Source: an uncultured delta proteobacterium (GTDB lineage: Bacteria > Desulfobacterota > RBG-13-43-22). From it: DNA of 64,000 nt. Under the pieces are notes generated by a model. The model was not told where the DNA came from. It ran no database searches and was given only the letters and a program-made list of their open reading frames with translations. Positions 47,514 to 57,094 of this stretch are shown here, one piece after another (the stretch's first letter is position 1; the number at the start of each line of letters is the position of its first letter). Location: assembly GCA_963843145.1 (NCBI GenBank), contig CAWJJC010000028.1, positions 160,001-224,000 on the forward strand, given 5' to 3'. Both the position numbers and the translations under genes were made by a program.

Positions 47514-48560
47514 TTGAAGGCCCATAATCAGCAATCGTTCACCAAATCCGCTACCTCGGCCGAAAAAGGAAGGTGTCTGATGAAGGCGGTGGGTCCTGAC
47601 GACACGCTGGGCATACTGATCAATGCCGATCCCGATGCCATGGCCAGCGCCATCGCCTTGAAACGGATTTTCTGGCGGAAGGCCAAAAAGATCTTAATCT
47701 ATCATATCAACCAGGTGCAGCGGGCGGACAATCTGGCCTTTATCAAGTTCCTGAGAATAGAGCAGCAGCACCTCCGGCACCTGAAGCCCGCCCTGATAAC
47801 CAAATGGGCCGTAGTGGATTCCCAGCCGCAGCATTACGCGGAGTTTCGGGACATTCCCTTCGATATCGTCATCGATCACCATCCCTGTGAAGGGGGATTG
47901 ACGGCGGATTTTGTGGATGTCCGCGAAAATTTCGGCGCCACCGCCACCATCATGACCGAATACCTCAAAGGGCTCAAAATCATCCCCTCCCAGAGATTGG
48001 CGACCGCGCTTTTTTACGGAATAAAGACCGATACGGATAATTTCGTGCGGGGGGCTACCCTGGAGGACATCAGCGCCTTCCGCTATCTGTATAAATTTAC
48101 CAATATGAACATAATCAAGAAAATTGAATCTTCGGAAATAACCAGAAAAATCCTAACCAGTTATAAATTGGCTCTGGAAAAATTGACTTTCGTGAAGGAT
48201 AAGGCTTTCGTTTATCTGGGCGAGGTGGAAAATCCGGATATTCTGGTGATCATCGCCGATTTTTTTACCCGCCTGGGCGAAGCCACCTGGAGCATCGTCT
48301 CCGGGACGCATAAAGACAAATTGATCGTCATCTTCCGGAACGCGGATTTGCGGGGAAATGCGGGAAAAACGGCACAGAAGCTGTTTGAAGGGTGGGGGGC
48401 CTCGGCCGGGGGACACAAAAATGCCGCTCGGGCAGAAATGCCGCTGGACTCCCTTCCCCGGGATTCGAAAGGAGCCCTCGATCCGGAGGCCTTTGTGCTG
48501 AGAAATATCCGGGGGCTTAAAAAAAGCATGAAAGAGAAGGCCGGGTCGTCTAAGCCATGA
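47514..48560 (+). CDS. DHH family phosphoesterase
   Basis: ADPDAMAS, VDSQP, IDHH, GIKTDT, AGGH. Confidence 0.88.
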   Translation: MKAHNQQSFTKSATSAEKGRCLMKAVGPDDTLGILINADPDAMASAIALKRIFWRKAKKILIYHINQVQRADNLAFIKFLRIEQQHLRHLKPALITKWAVVDSQPQHYAEFRDIPFDIVIDHHPCEGGLTADFVDVRENFGATATIMTEYLKGLKIIPSQRLATALFYGIKTDTDNFVRGATLEDISAFRYLYKFTNMNIIKKIESSEITRKILTSYKLALEKLTFVKDKAFVYLGEVENPDILVIIADFFTRLGEATWSIVSGTHKDKLIVIFRNADLRGNAGKTAQKLFEGWGASAGGHKNAARAEMPLDSLPRDSKGALDPEAFVLRNIRGLKKSMKEKAGSSKP

Positions 48561-50458
48561 AACCGATTTTAAGGGTTTTTGTCTGGGGCTGGGTGGGACT
48601 GTTCTGGCTGGGGACGTCCTGGGCGGGCATGGAGACCCTTTCCCTGCCCATCACCCTCGATCCGCCTTTGCTGCGGGCCTTTTTGATCCAACAGGTGTTT
48701 CCTGAACCCGGCCCCCGGGCGATCCTGATCGATCCCGGGAATCACTGCAATCGAATCGAATTGAAAGACCCGGAAGTTAAGACCAATGAGGGAGGGCTGA
48801 TCCTCTTCGCCCGCCTTCAGGTCCGGGCCGGATTATCGGTCATGGCCGAATGCCTCCAGCCGGTGGATTGGGAGGGTAATTTCAAGGCCCGGTTGGAACC
48901 CCTTCTGGAAAACCAAGACTGGCGGCTCCACTTTCGAGTGGTGGATTCCCGTTTGTATCAACGATCAGAGGATGAAATCTCCGTTGCCCGGGTCGTCTGG
49001 GACCTGGTCAAACGGTTTGTTCATCCGCAATTGGAAAAATTCTCCGTCAACCTGGCGCCCCCGGTCACGCAAATCAGGGAGCTGATCCCCTTGATGGTCC
49101 ATCCGGAAAGCCGGGACCGGATCTCCACCTGGCTGAAAACCCTTCGTCCGGGGGCCGTCGAAACCGGTCCCGAGGCCCTACGCGTTCCGGTTCTTTTTGA
49201 GGTGGAGGTCCCGGATCCGGGTGCGGCCATTCCTGAGGGAACCGGCCCGCCTGAAAAAGAGCCGGAGCGGTTGCAAGCACTTTGGGAATTGTGGGACCCC
49301 TTTGTGGTCTTTCAAATCCTGGCTCTGGCCGGGCAGCCGTTGACCCCGGAAGAGCGGGACCGGGTGCTGGAGATTCTCCTGTCCGGGAGGTACCAGGTGG
49401 CCGCGGCGCTGAACCAGGCCGGGACCCCGGCACCCGACCTGATACGCCGGCAATTGGTGACCGCCTGGTCCGGCCTCAGCCCCATCCTCAGAAAATATCT
49501 GGTTCAGGAACCGTCACCCCATCTGGTTAATTACCTGGCCTTTTTCAGCGTCATGGACGCCTTAAAGGCCTTGGACCGGATCGGACCCGCCTTCGGTCTG
49601 GAAGTCAGCCGGTACGGGTTGATTCGGCTGGCCCGGCTGCTGGCTTCCCCAAAGTCCGACTGGGAGCCCCGGTATTCGAAGGAAGTGGATCCCCGTTTAC
49701 GCGAGATGTTACTGTTGGGTCCGCCCATCGAAGAGCCCGGACCGGAATATGATGCGGAGGAAGTGGACCTTCCGGAGGAGTTATGGCCGGAGTCCGGCTT
49801 GGGACCGGAAAGCCTGGGGCGTTGGATGATCCGGTCGGCCGCCGCAAATGTCGGGGGCAGCACCCGAACCGGTAAGGACCTCTTGCCCTGGATCCCTCCC
49901 CGGAAGGAGGTCGATCCTTATATTTCGAGAATCCGCGGCCTCATCTCCAGGGCCGCGGAACGGGTTTTTAATGGGTATCATCTGGATCAGGAGCGGCTGG
50001 AAGGTTTCAAAAAACTGGTACCGGCCACGGCCTGGCAGGAGAGCTGCTGGCGGCAGTTTACCGTCAGCAACGGGAAAATACGTTACCTCACCTCCTATAA
50101 CCGGAGCTCTGTCGGCCTGATGCAGATCAACGTCCAAGTCTGGCGGGGAATCTACCGGCCGGAGAGCCTGCGCTGGAACATCCGTTACAACGCCCGGGCC
50201 GGAACGGAGATCCTGGCCCGCTACCTGCGCTACGGCCTGGAACGGGTCGGCCCATCCAACCCCCCCGACGACGACCTGCTCTACCAGGCCGTGTACGCCA
50301 TGTACAACGGCGGTCCAGACCAGTTCGCCCTTTTCTTGCAGCGGGCCCGGAAAGAACAGCGTCAGCTCAGCGACCGACTGTTCAAAGAAAAATACGAGTG
50401 GGTCGAAGAGGGTCGATGGGAAAAGGTAGGCGTTTGTTTGACCGGAGCGGAAACCTGA
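48557..50458 (+). CDS. exported protein with C-terminal lytic transglycosylase (SLT) domain
   Basis: Signal peptide; AWQES, GLMQIN, YNARAG, YNGGP. Confidence 0.8.
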   Translation: MKPILRVFVWGWVGLFWLGTSWAGMETLSLPITLDPPLLRAFLIQQVFPEPGPRAILIDPGNHCNRIELKDPEVKTNEGGLILFARLQVRAGLSVMAECLQPVDWEGNFKARLEPLLENQDWRLHFRVVDSRLYQRSEDEISVARVVWDLVKRFVHPQLEKFSVNLAPPVTQIRELIPLMVHPESRDRISTWLKTLRPGAVETGPEALRVPVLFEVEVPDPGAAIPEGTGPPEKEPERLQALWELWDPFVVFQILALAGQPLTPEERDRVLEILLSGRYQVAAALNQAGTPAPDLIRRQLVTAWSGLSPILRKYLVQEPSPHLVNYLAFFSVMDALKALDRIGPAFGLEVSRYGLIRLARLLASPKSDWEPRYSKEVDPRLREMLLLGPPIEEPGPEYDAEEVDLPEELWPESGLGPESLGRWMIRSAAANVGGSTRTGKDLLPWIPPRKEVDPYISRIRGLISRAAERVFNGYHLDQERLEGFKKLVPATAWQESCWRQFTVSNGKIRYLTSYNRSSVGLMQINVQVWRGIYRPESLRWNIRYNARAGTEILARYLRYGLERVGPSNPPDDDLLYQAVYAMYNGGPDQFALFLQRARKEQRQLSDRLFKEKYEWVEEGRWEKVGVCLTGAET

Positions 50459-50567
50459 TAATAGTGAGTGCGTCATCCCTCGGGGAGATATTAATCAAGC
50501 CGGTCCGGAAAAAAGCTGACCTTGGACAGGCCGATCCAGACCTTTTCCTTAAATTGAATCCTGCCTT

Positions 50568-50885
50568 CTAAAACAGCGTCTTCAGCCACTCCTTCACTTC
50601 CGGGGGCAGGGGATAGACTCCTTTGGCGTAGTCACAGCAACTCCAATATTCCCGCGGAAGTTCCAATTCCTGCAGCGTCTCCGGCCCGTCCTTGGTCATC
50701 TTCTGCAGGCGGACCAGGTACGGCTCCTGCCAGGTGTCGATGGAAAAATAGAAAGATTCGGATTCGGGGTTCCCATAGTGGCCGGAATACCCGGTATTCC
50801 CCCATTCCAGATGGACGGCCACGGCATCGGCCGGACCCATATCCCAGTTTATGGACAAGTCTTTGAATTTGGCTAAGGAGCCCAT
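50568..50885 (-). CDS. DVU0772-like protein
   Basis: INWDM.P.DAV..HLEWGN...YFSIDTW pattern recalled from this deltaproteobacterial family. Confidence 0.65.
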   Translation of the reverse strand: MGSLAKFKDLSINWDMGPADAVAVHLEWGNTGYSGHYGNPESESFYFSIDTWQEPYLVRLQKMTKDGPETLQELELPREYWSCCDYAKGVYPLPPEVKEWLKTLF

Positions 50886-51063
50886 GAAATATCCTCCCAA
50901 AAGGGTGGAGCGTCTAAGATAATCCTATTCTAATCCAATTCGCTGATTATCCGCAACCAGGAATCAGAAAAGAGGATATGATGGGATCGCCAAGAGAATG
51001 TGGTTCAGGCGGGTCGACCTCAGGCAGACGAGATCGCGGATACAAGAGGACCTGGTTAGGTGT

Positions 51064-51384
51064 TTATGCCGGGAAGAGGTTCTTCAGGTGAATGAAAAGG
51101 ATCCCGATGTAAATGAAGTTGACCAAATACAGTCCATAATTAGCCGCGCGAAAGCGGCTTAAGGAGGCCAGAACAATAGCCGGGATGATAGTCAGGAGCA
51201 TCTTGGCTGTAAGAAAAGTTTCCGGTCCATAGCCCAGTGCCAGGCGCATGAAGGGGTTTAATTCGCTTCCGCCCCGTTGGATACAAATCAGAGTAAAAAA
51301 AGCATCCAGCACGGATAAGAGCACCAGCGAAAGAGGTAAAAGACAGGTAGTATAGGGCAGGGCAGTGATCGACTTCTGGTTCAT
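51064..51384 (-). CDS. DUF5658-like small membrane protein
   Basis: LSVLDAFFTL...GGSELNPFM...F..K signature with TM helices. Confidence 0.7.
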   Translation of the reverse strand: MNQKSITALPYTTCLLPLSLVLLSVLDAFFTLICIQRGGSELNPFMRLALGYGPETFLTAKMLLTIIPAIVLASLSRFRAANYGLYLVNFIYIGILFIHLKNLFPA

Positions 51385-51475
51385 GTGTTTAGAGCCCCTA
51401 AACTGATATTGGTTCTCGGATTTGGCCTGCCGGGGGATACATACCCCTTCAAAAGGAAAGTATAACATATAATAA

Positions 51476-51490
51476 GCAAAAAATTTGCCA
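51476..51490 (-). promoter_or_regulatory. sigma-54 promoter
   Basis: Minus strand TGGCAAATTTTTTGC with exact -24/-12 spacing, upstream of the DUF5658-like gene. Confidence 0.7.
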
Positions 51491-51768
51491 AAAATATAAC
51501 TATTTTAAAATACGCATATTATCATAACTATTCTAATTGGTTGCCAAAAATAGTTGTAAGGTATTCCGACGGGTTTAAGCGGCAAAAAGAAATTGTTGTC
51601 CCCTTAAGTAAGAAAAAGTGCTGTAAATTCAATTGGTAAATAGGTCGAGAAGGAATTTTCTCAATTTGTAAAGAAAGCCGACAAACAATCGGAAAAGAAA
51701 AAGGCCGGGATTGATTTGCACTCGGACTATTGACGGAATTGTGGTAAGTCCCTCAAATAGGCCCTTAG

Positions 51769-53451
51769 CTAATTCCCCAAGGCCCGGCGACATTGGGCCG
51801 CGTAGCGATTGGCCTGATCCGAATCCGGGAAACGCTCCAGGTAGGCCAAGGCCTTTTCGAAATCCCCCAGATTGAGATAATTCAAACCCAGACAAAGGGT
51901 CAGTTCTTGGCTGTCCGGGTAATGAAGGAGCCCCTCGATGAGCAGGCGATTGGACTCCCTGAAGTCCCCGGCTTTTTGTTTCAGGATTCCCAATCCTAAA
52001 TAGGCGCGATGATCGGGCGCGTAGCCGAGGGATCTCCAGAAGAGCTTCTCCGCTGTGGCCGCCCTTTCCCGAACCTGCTCCTTTTTGGCGAAATCACCAT
52101 GGCTGAAAGTCAGGCCCAGGCGGGAGAGGAAATCGGCATTTTGTGGGTCGAGGTCCTTTCGGTCGCTGAGCTCAATTTCACCAGCGTAGGAATGAACGTT
52201 TTCGAGAAACGTCGTCCGAAGCTTCAGGCCAAATTCCAAGATTTTTTCTTCGGTCAGCCGAGGGTCGGTTTCATAATACAGGATTCCCTCGATCTGATTC
52301 AGCCAGATTTCATCGGTGATCCGGGTTTCCTTTCTTAGTCGATCATAAAGCGCGGTCCCCGGGAATAGATCCAGGAGATAGAAGATCGCTCCCAAGGGTT
52401 TGATTTCCCGGATCAGATCAAGGGTCTCCCGGATGGTGTCCTCCGACTCCCCCGGAGCGCCGTAGATGAAATAGGCTCGGGCCAGGATGCCGTAGCGTCT
52501 GGTCAGAGAAAAAGCCTTTTTAACGTCTTCGGTTCGAATCGTTTTGTTAAGGGTCTGCCGGATTCTTTCACTGCCGCTCTCCACCCCGTAACTGATCTGC
52601 AGGCAGCCGGCCTTTCGCATCCAGTAGAGGACTTCCTCATCCACCCGGTCCACCCGGGAGATGGCATTCCAGGACAGGACCAGTTGCCGCTCGATAATGC
52701 CCCGGCAGACGGCGATGAGGCGCTCCTTGTCCACCGTGAAAGTGTCATCCGAGATATAGAAAAAATCGATTCCTTTCTGGTGGAGGCGTTCGAGTTGGGA
52801 GACAAAGTAGTCCGGAGAGTGGAACCGGATCCGGCGTCCCCAGAATTTTGGGGAGCCGCAAAAGGAGCAGTCCCAGGCACAACCCCTACTGGAAACCACA
52901 TGTTGGAAGGTGAAATATTTCGCCGGATCCGGCAGCAGGTCCAGGTCCTGGATCGGCTCGGAGGCTCGGGTTTGGACCGGTCTGCCGCTCTTCCGGAAGG
53001 CGATTCCGGCTACCTCCTCCGGGTGGGCCGCACCTCTTTTTTCGAGGTGCCGGATCAGATTCCCCAAGGGGATTTCCCCTTCCCTCAGGACGATGAAATC
53101 GATTTCCTTAAAATGGGTCAGGAGGTGCTCCCAAAGAAAAGTAGCCCCGATTCCGCCCAGGACGATTTTCACTTCGGGGTTTAATTCCTTGGCGATGCGG
53201 GCGATCTCAATGGCACCCCAGCGATTGGCATGGAGAATGGAGAAACCGATGACCTCCGGTCTTTCCAGCTCCAGCAGTTCCCGAATTTTTTCGGGGGATT
53301 TCCGGATATCGTGCCAGTTCCAGATTTTCACCTCCTGCCCCGCCTCTTTAAGGAAGGCTCCGATATAATACAACCCGATCGGAGGAACCGTCACTTCTTC
53401 CCAATGAACCCGATCGACCAGGAAATAAGGATAAATGAGCGCTATTTTCAT
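51769..53451 (-). CDS. B12-binding radical SAM protein with C-terminal TPRs
   Basis: PPIGLYYI, SRGCAWDCSFC, DDTFT, YGVESGS, TPR-like tail. Confidence 0.88.
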   Translation of the reverse strand: MKIALIYPYFLVDRVHWEEVTVPPIGLYYIGAFLKEAGQEVKIWNWHDIRKSPEKIRELLELERPEVIGFSILHANRWGAIEIARIAKELNPEVKIVLGGIGATFLWEHLLTHFKEIDFIVLREGEIPLGNLIRHLEKRGAAHPEEVAGIAFRKSGRPVQTRASEPIQDLDLLPDPAKYFTFQHVVSSRGCAWDCSFCGSPKFWGRRIRFHSPDYFVSQLERLHQKGIDFFYISDDTFTVDKERLIAVCRGIIERQLVLSWNAISRVDRVDEEVLYWMRKAGCLQISYGVESGSERIRQTLNKTIRTEDVKKAFSLTRRYGILARAYFIYGAPGESEDTIRETLDLIREIKPLGAIFYLLDLFPGTALYDRLRKETRITDEIWLNQIEGILYYETDPRLTEEKILEFGLKLRTTFLENVHSYAGEIELSDRKDLDPQNADFLSRLGLTFSHGDFAKKEQVRERAATAEKLFWRSLGYAPDHRAYLGLGILKQKAGDFRESNRLLIEGLLHYPDSQELTLCLGLNYLNLGDFEKALAYLERFPDSDQANRYAAQCRRALGN

Positions 53452-53548
53452 AAAGAATCCCCTTGATTTCTTTTGAATTTATTATAAGGTCTAGGTAGCT
53501 TTTTAGCCATTTGAAAAAAAACTATGGGTCTAATTTAGGAGCCTGAAG

Positions 53549-54346
53549 ATGTCTTCCCTCCCCTCGGGCCCGTTCCCTCCCCGGACGATTCGAGAGCAAT
53601 GCCGGAAAGGGCGCTGGGCCAAACCCACTTCCGGCCTGGCCTCGGGATTTGCCCAGGCCAATATGGTCATTTTGGATCGATGGTTGGCCTTTGATTTCCT
53701 CCTCTTCTGCCAGAGGAATCCCAAACCCTGCCCGGTTCTGGAAGTACTGGAGCCGGGTGAAAAAGAACCGATCAGGACCGCACCCGGGGCCGATATCACC
53801 ACCGACCTGCCTCTGTACCGGATTTGGAAAAAGGGGCAATTGGTTCAGGAAGTGAAGACCATCCGCGCCTGGTTTAACCAAGACCTGGTCACTTTTCTCT
53901 TGGGGTGCAGCTTCAGTTTCGAGGAGGCTCTGGTCCAAGCCGGGGTACCGGTCCGCAATATCGAGGAAAATAAAAATGTTTCCATGTATGTGACCAACCG
54001 TTCCTGCGATCCGGCCGGTCCATTTAAGGCCCCCTTGGTGGTGACCATGCGGCCTATCCCAGAGGCCCTGGTTCCCAGGGCGGTCCAGATCACCTCTCGT
54101 TATGCTTCGGTCCATGGGGCGCCGATCCATATCGGCAGTCCCCGGGCTTTGGGGATCCGGGACTTAAGACGTCCGGATTTCGGGGACCCGGTGACCATTA
54201 ATAAAGGGGAAACTCCGGTATTCTGGGCCTGCGGGGTGACTTCCACCCTGGCCGCTTTGTCCGTCAACGCGGATCTTTGTATTACCCACGCCCCGGGCCA
54301 CATGTTTATTACCGATGTTCCCAATGAAAGCTTGGCGGTGATTTGA
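53549..54346 (+). CDS. DUF1445 putative hydro-lyase / D-glutamate cyclase-like (YcsI-like)
   Basis: FCQRNPKPCP, LGCSFSFE, VVTMRP, HGAP, PVFWACGVT, ITHAPGHMF. Confidence 0.88.
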   Translation: MSSLPSGPFPPRTIREQCRKGRWAKPTSGLASGFAQANMVILDRWLAFDFLLFCQRNPKPCPVLEVLEPGEKEPIRTAPGADITTDLPLYRIWKKGQLVQEVKTIRAWFNQDLVTFLLGCSFSFEEALVQAGVPVRNIEENKNVSMYVTNRSCDPAGPFKAPLVVTMRPIPEALVPRAVQITSRYASVHGAPIHIGSPRALGIRDLRRPDFGDPVTINKGETPVFWACGVTSTLAALSVNADLCITHAPGHMFITDVPNESLAVI

Positions 54347-54370
54347 CAAGCCGATCAGGAAAGAATAGTT

Positions 54371-54528
54371 GGACTAATGGAATAGTGGAATAGTGGAAAT
54401 ATGGAATGATGGGTTAAGATCCCGGGAGAAGGATTTGGCTCAATAGGGGTGAAATAATTAGAGGGCCATCCTGACCCGGGGCAGTGGTTTTCCAACCGTA
54501 TTCCAGTATTCCATCATTCCATTAGTCC
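54371..54528. repeat. TGGAAT-periodic inverted-repeat element
   Basis: GGACTAATGGAATAGTGGAATAGTGG...ATGGAATGATGG and its complement CCAGTATTCCATCATTCCATTAGTCC. Confidence 0.7.
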
Positions 54529-54553
54529 GTCTTTTAGTAATCGGAGGAAGCAG

Positions 54554-55324
54554 ATGAGTATCGATATAAACTGCGATATGGGAGAGAGTTTTGGTTCCTA
54601 CCGGATCGGCGAGGATGAAAAGATCATTCCCTATATAAGCTCTGTCAATATCGCCTGCGGCTATCATGCGGGCGACCCCTCGGTCATGGATCAGACCGTG
54701 CAATTGGCCAAGGAACACGGGGTGGCCGTGGGGGCCCATCCAGGCTTCCCGGATCTTTTAGGATATGGCCGGCGGATTTTGGAGACCTTTCCCGGAGAGG
54801 TGCGGCGCTATATCCTCTACCAGGTGGGGGCCTTGGCCGCTTTTTGCCGAGTGAACGAAATCAAACTGCAGCATGTCAAACCGCACGGGGCCTTGTACAA
54901 TCTGGCTGCCCGGGATGAAAAAACAGCCCGGGAAATCATCGAGGCGGTAAAGGCCTATGATCCCGAATTGATCCTGGTGGCCCTGTCCGGTTCCCGCCTG
55001 GCGGAAATGGCCGGGTCGACGGGTTTAAAAGTGGCCCGGGAAGTGTTTCCCGACCGGGCTTACCTGGCGGATGGTCGACTGGCCCCGCGCCACCTGCCGG
55101 GAGCGGTAATCCAGGAGGTGGAGCAGGTCAGGGAGCGGACAGTCCGGCTGATAACCCGGGGGACCGTGATCACTATTGAGGGGCCGGAGATCGAACTGAA
55201 AGCCGATACCCTCTGCCTTCACGGGGACACCCCCGGGGCTTGGATGTTAGCCAAAACGATTGGCGAGGCCTTGCGAGAAGCGGGTATCCCCATTAAACCT
55301 CTTGGCCAAATCCTTTTACCTTGA
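54554..55324 (+). CDS. pxpA: 5-oxoprolinase subunit A (LamB/YcsF)
   Basis: IDINCDMGES, NIACGYHAGDP, GAHP, HVKPHGALYN, CLHGDTP. Confidence 0.92.
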   Translation: MSIDINCDMGESFGSYRIGEDEKIIPYISSVNIACGYHAGDPSVMDQTVQLAKEHGVAVGAHPGFPDLLGYGRRILETFPGEVRRYILYQVGALAAFCRVNEIKLQHVKPHGALYNLAARDEKTAREIIEAVKAYDPELILVALSGSRLAEMAGSTGLKVAREVFPDRAYLADGRLAPRHLPGAVIQEVEQVRERTVRLITRGTVITIEGPEIELKADTLCLHGDTPGAWMLAKTIGEALREAGIPIKPLGQILLP

Positions 55325-55408
55325 CAGCCCAGGGGGCCTTCCCTAATATAGCATTTCGACAAATCTCCCTTTATAGAGGCATACAAAAATAATATTACAA
55401 GAGGGTAA

Positions 55409-55600
55409 ATGGGTATGTTCAAAGTAACAGTCGATCCAGAAAAGTGCATAGGGGATGAGGAGTGCATCGAGGTTTGCCCGGTGGACGTCTACGAATTACA
55501 GGACGGGCGGTCAGTCCCGGTGCGGGCCGACGAATGTTTGGGCTGCGAGAGTTGTCTGGAGGTTTGCGAGCCGGCCGCCATTACGATCACGGAAGTCTAA
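55409..55600 (+). CDS. dicluster ferredoxin
   Basis: CIGDEECIEVCP and CLGCESCLEVCE. Confidence 0.9.
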   Translation: MGMFKVTVDPEKCIGDEECIEVCPVDVYELQDGRSVPVRADECLGCESCLEVCEPAAITITEV

Positions 55601-55786
55601 CCAACGTGCTTGTTTCGGCCTGCGACGAGCCCTTCGACAAGCTCAGGGCCTTGAGTTTACCGAAAGGCTCAGCCGAGTCGATTTCGTGCTTCGGATTTCG
55701 GTTTTTAGGGATCCTAACTTGTTCATTAATAAAAGCTAGGGATAAATTCTCAGCTTCAAATAATGGAAGGACCTGATTGTGAAGAT

Positions 55787-55825
55787 AAAAAAGGCCTGTG
55801 GACGGCTAAATCCACAGGCCTTTTT
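55787..55825. terminator. bidirectional intrinsic terminator
   Basis: AAAAAAGGCCTGTGGA-CGGCTAAA-TCCACAGGCCTTTTT between convergent genes. Confidence 0.8.
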
Positions 55826-55845
55826 CTATTGGCTATATTAGATAC

Positions 55846-56289
55846 TTACTTCTTTTCCACCACGTGGCATTGCGCGCAAACGGTGGGGCCGGTCTTTTTA
55901 CCTTCGGCTTTCAGCTTCTTATGGCAGTCCTGGCAGTTTTTGTGGTAGGCCAGTTGAAGATTCAACTTCTTACCCTCTGGGGCCACTTTGTGGCACTCGC
56001 TGCACTTCTGGACCTTGTCTCCCTGTTTCCAGATATTTTTCCCGTCCTTGTAGTTGTGGTGGCACTCGGTGCAGGCGATCTTATGGAGTTCGACGTGTTT
56101 TTTGTGGGTGAATTCCACGGCCGGCTTGGTGCGTTTGCCGTCTTTAAACAAGGCCTTGTCGTTATCGATCTTAAGGGTATCAGGCGGCTTCTGGTCAGCC
56201 GCATAGACCCAAGCCATCAAGCTCAGGGAAAGAACAAAGGCCAAGAGGATAGACATCACCGCTAAACTTTTTTTCATCCTATATTTCAC
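55846..56289 (-). CDS. tetraheme cytochrome c3 (class III)
   Basis: Signal peptide, VEFTHKKH, four CxxCH motifs (CTECH, CSECH, CQDCH, CAQCH), Lys-rich. Confidence 0.92.
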   Translation of the reverse strand: MKYRMKKSLAVMSILLAFVLSLSLMAWVYAADQKPPDTLKIDNDKALFKDGKRTKPAVEFTHKKHVELHKIACTECHHNYKDGKNIWKQGDKVQKCSECHKVAPEGKKLNLQLAYHKNCQDCHKKLKAEGKKTGPTVCAQCHVVEKK

Positions 56290-56456
56290 CTCCTTTCAAA
56301 TAGTTTATTTTTTTATTTCCAACAGTTACCGCTTTCTTAGAAAAACCACTTAAAAATTATGAACATATAACCAAACCCGGTGCATCTGTCAAGAAAAAGT
56401 TGACAAGGCCGGTAAGTTCTGTTAAAAAAATAGCAGAGCTTATTGAGGAGGCAACT

Positions 56457-56633
56457 ATGTCAGGAACATTGAGCACTCATAGTGTCTGGAGCATACTCCC
56501 CTGGGATGTCCCCTGGGATGCGGGGCATTTTGTTTTTTTAGGCTTGGCTTACCTGGTGTTGACGGTGATCGGGGTTACCCTGGTGGTGGTGTCTTTGAAG
56601 ACCAGGCGTAACCTGCGGGAATCCGAGCATTAA
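56457..56633 (+). CDS. small membrane protein
   Basis: RBS GAGGAGG; LPWDVPWDAGHFVFLG followed by a TM helix. Confidence 0.7.
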   Translation: MSGTLSTHSVWSILPWDVPWDAGHFVFLGLAYLVLTVIGVTLVVVSLKTRRNLRESEH

Positions 56634-56655
56634 TCTCTAAGATGAAGGAGCGGTT

Positions 56656-56850
56656 ATGTTTGGTTTGGGTACCCAGGAATTAATCATAATTTTAGGAATA
56701 GCCCTGTTTATATTCGGGGCCAAAAAGTTGCCCGAGATCGGTAAGGGATTGGGAAAGAGCATCCGGGAATTTAAAACCAGCGTGAGCGGCGAGGATGAAA
56801 AGGAATCTCCAAGCCAACCCAAAGAGATCGATAAAGAGAACAAGGCCTAA
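56656..56850 (+). CDS. tatA: twin-arginine translocase TatA
   Basis: MFGLGTQELIIIL...FGAKKLPEIGKGLGKSIREFK. Confidence 0.95.
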   Translation: MFGLGTQELIIILGIALFIFGAKKLPEIGKGLGKSIREFKTSVSGEDEKESPSQPKEIDKENKA

Positions 56851-57094
56851 ACTTTCCGATATTAACAGAACCTCTCGAAAACCTCGCGTCCATCGATTGA
56901 TATATCCGCTATTGAAAGGGTGAACCCCCGAATCCCTTCCTCTAAAATAAATTGAAGAATTACCCCCACCTGTGTTAAAATTATTTGATTTAACATTTTC
57001 TTTTGTTTATAAGGTACCATAAATTATTACTGAAATAAACAGCAACCCCCATTATTGGGATCACCGCCAGAGGCTCAAAGTCCGCCTATCGGGG

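Noticed and set aside
54371-54528. TGGAATAG tandem units as a CRISPR array
   Set aside because: Units are ~8 bp with no unique spacers and no cas genes; they form an inverted-repeat element.
55409-55776. Short ORFs containing PFDKLR after the ferredoxin
   Set aside because: Translations of intergenic repeat DNA (CCCTTCGACAAGCTCAGGG hairpin and a CGAAAT-type arm), not genes.
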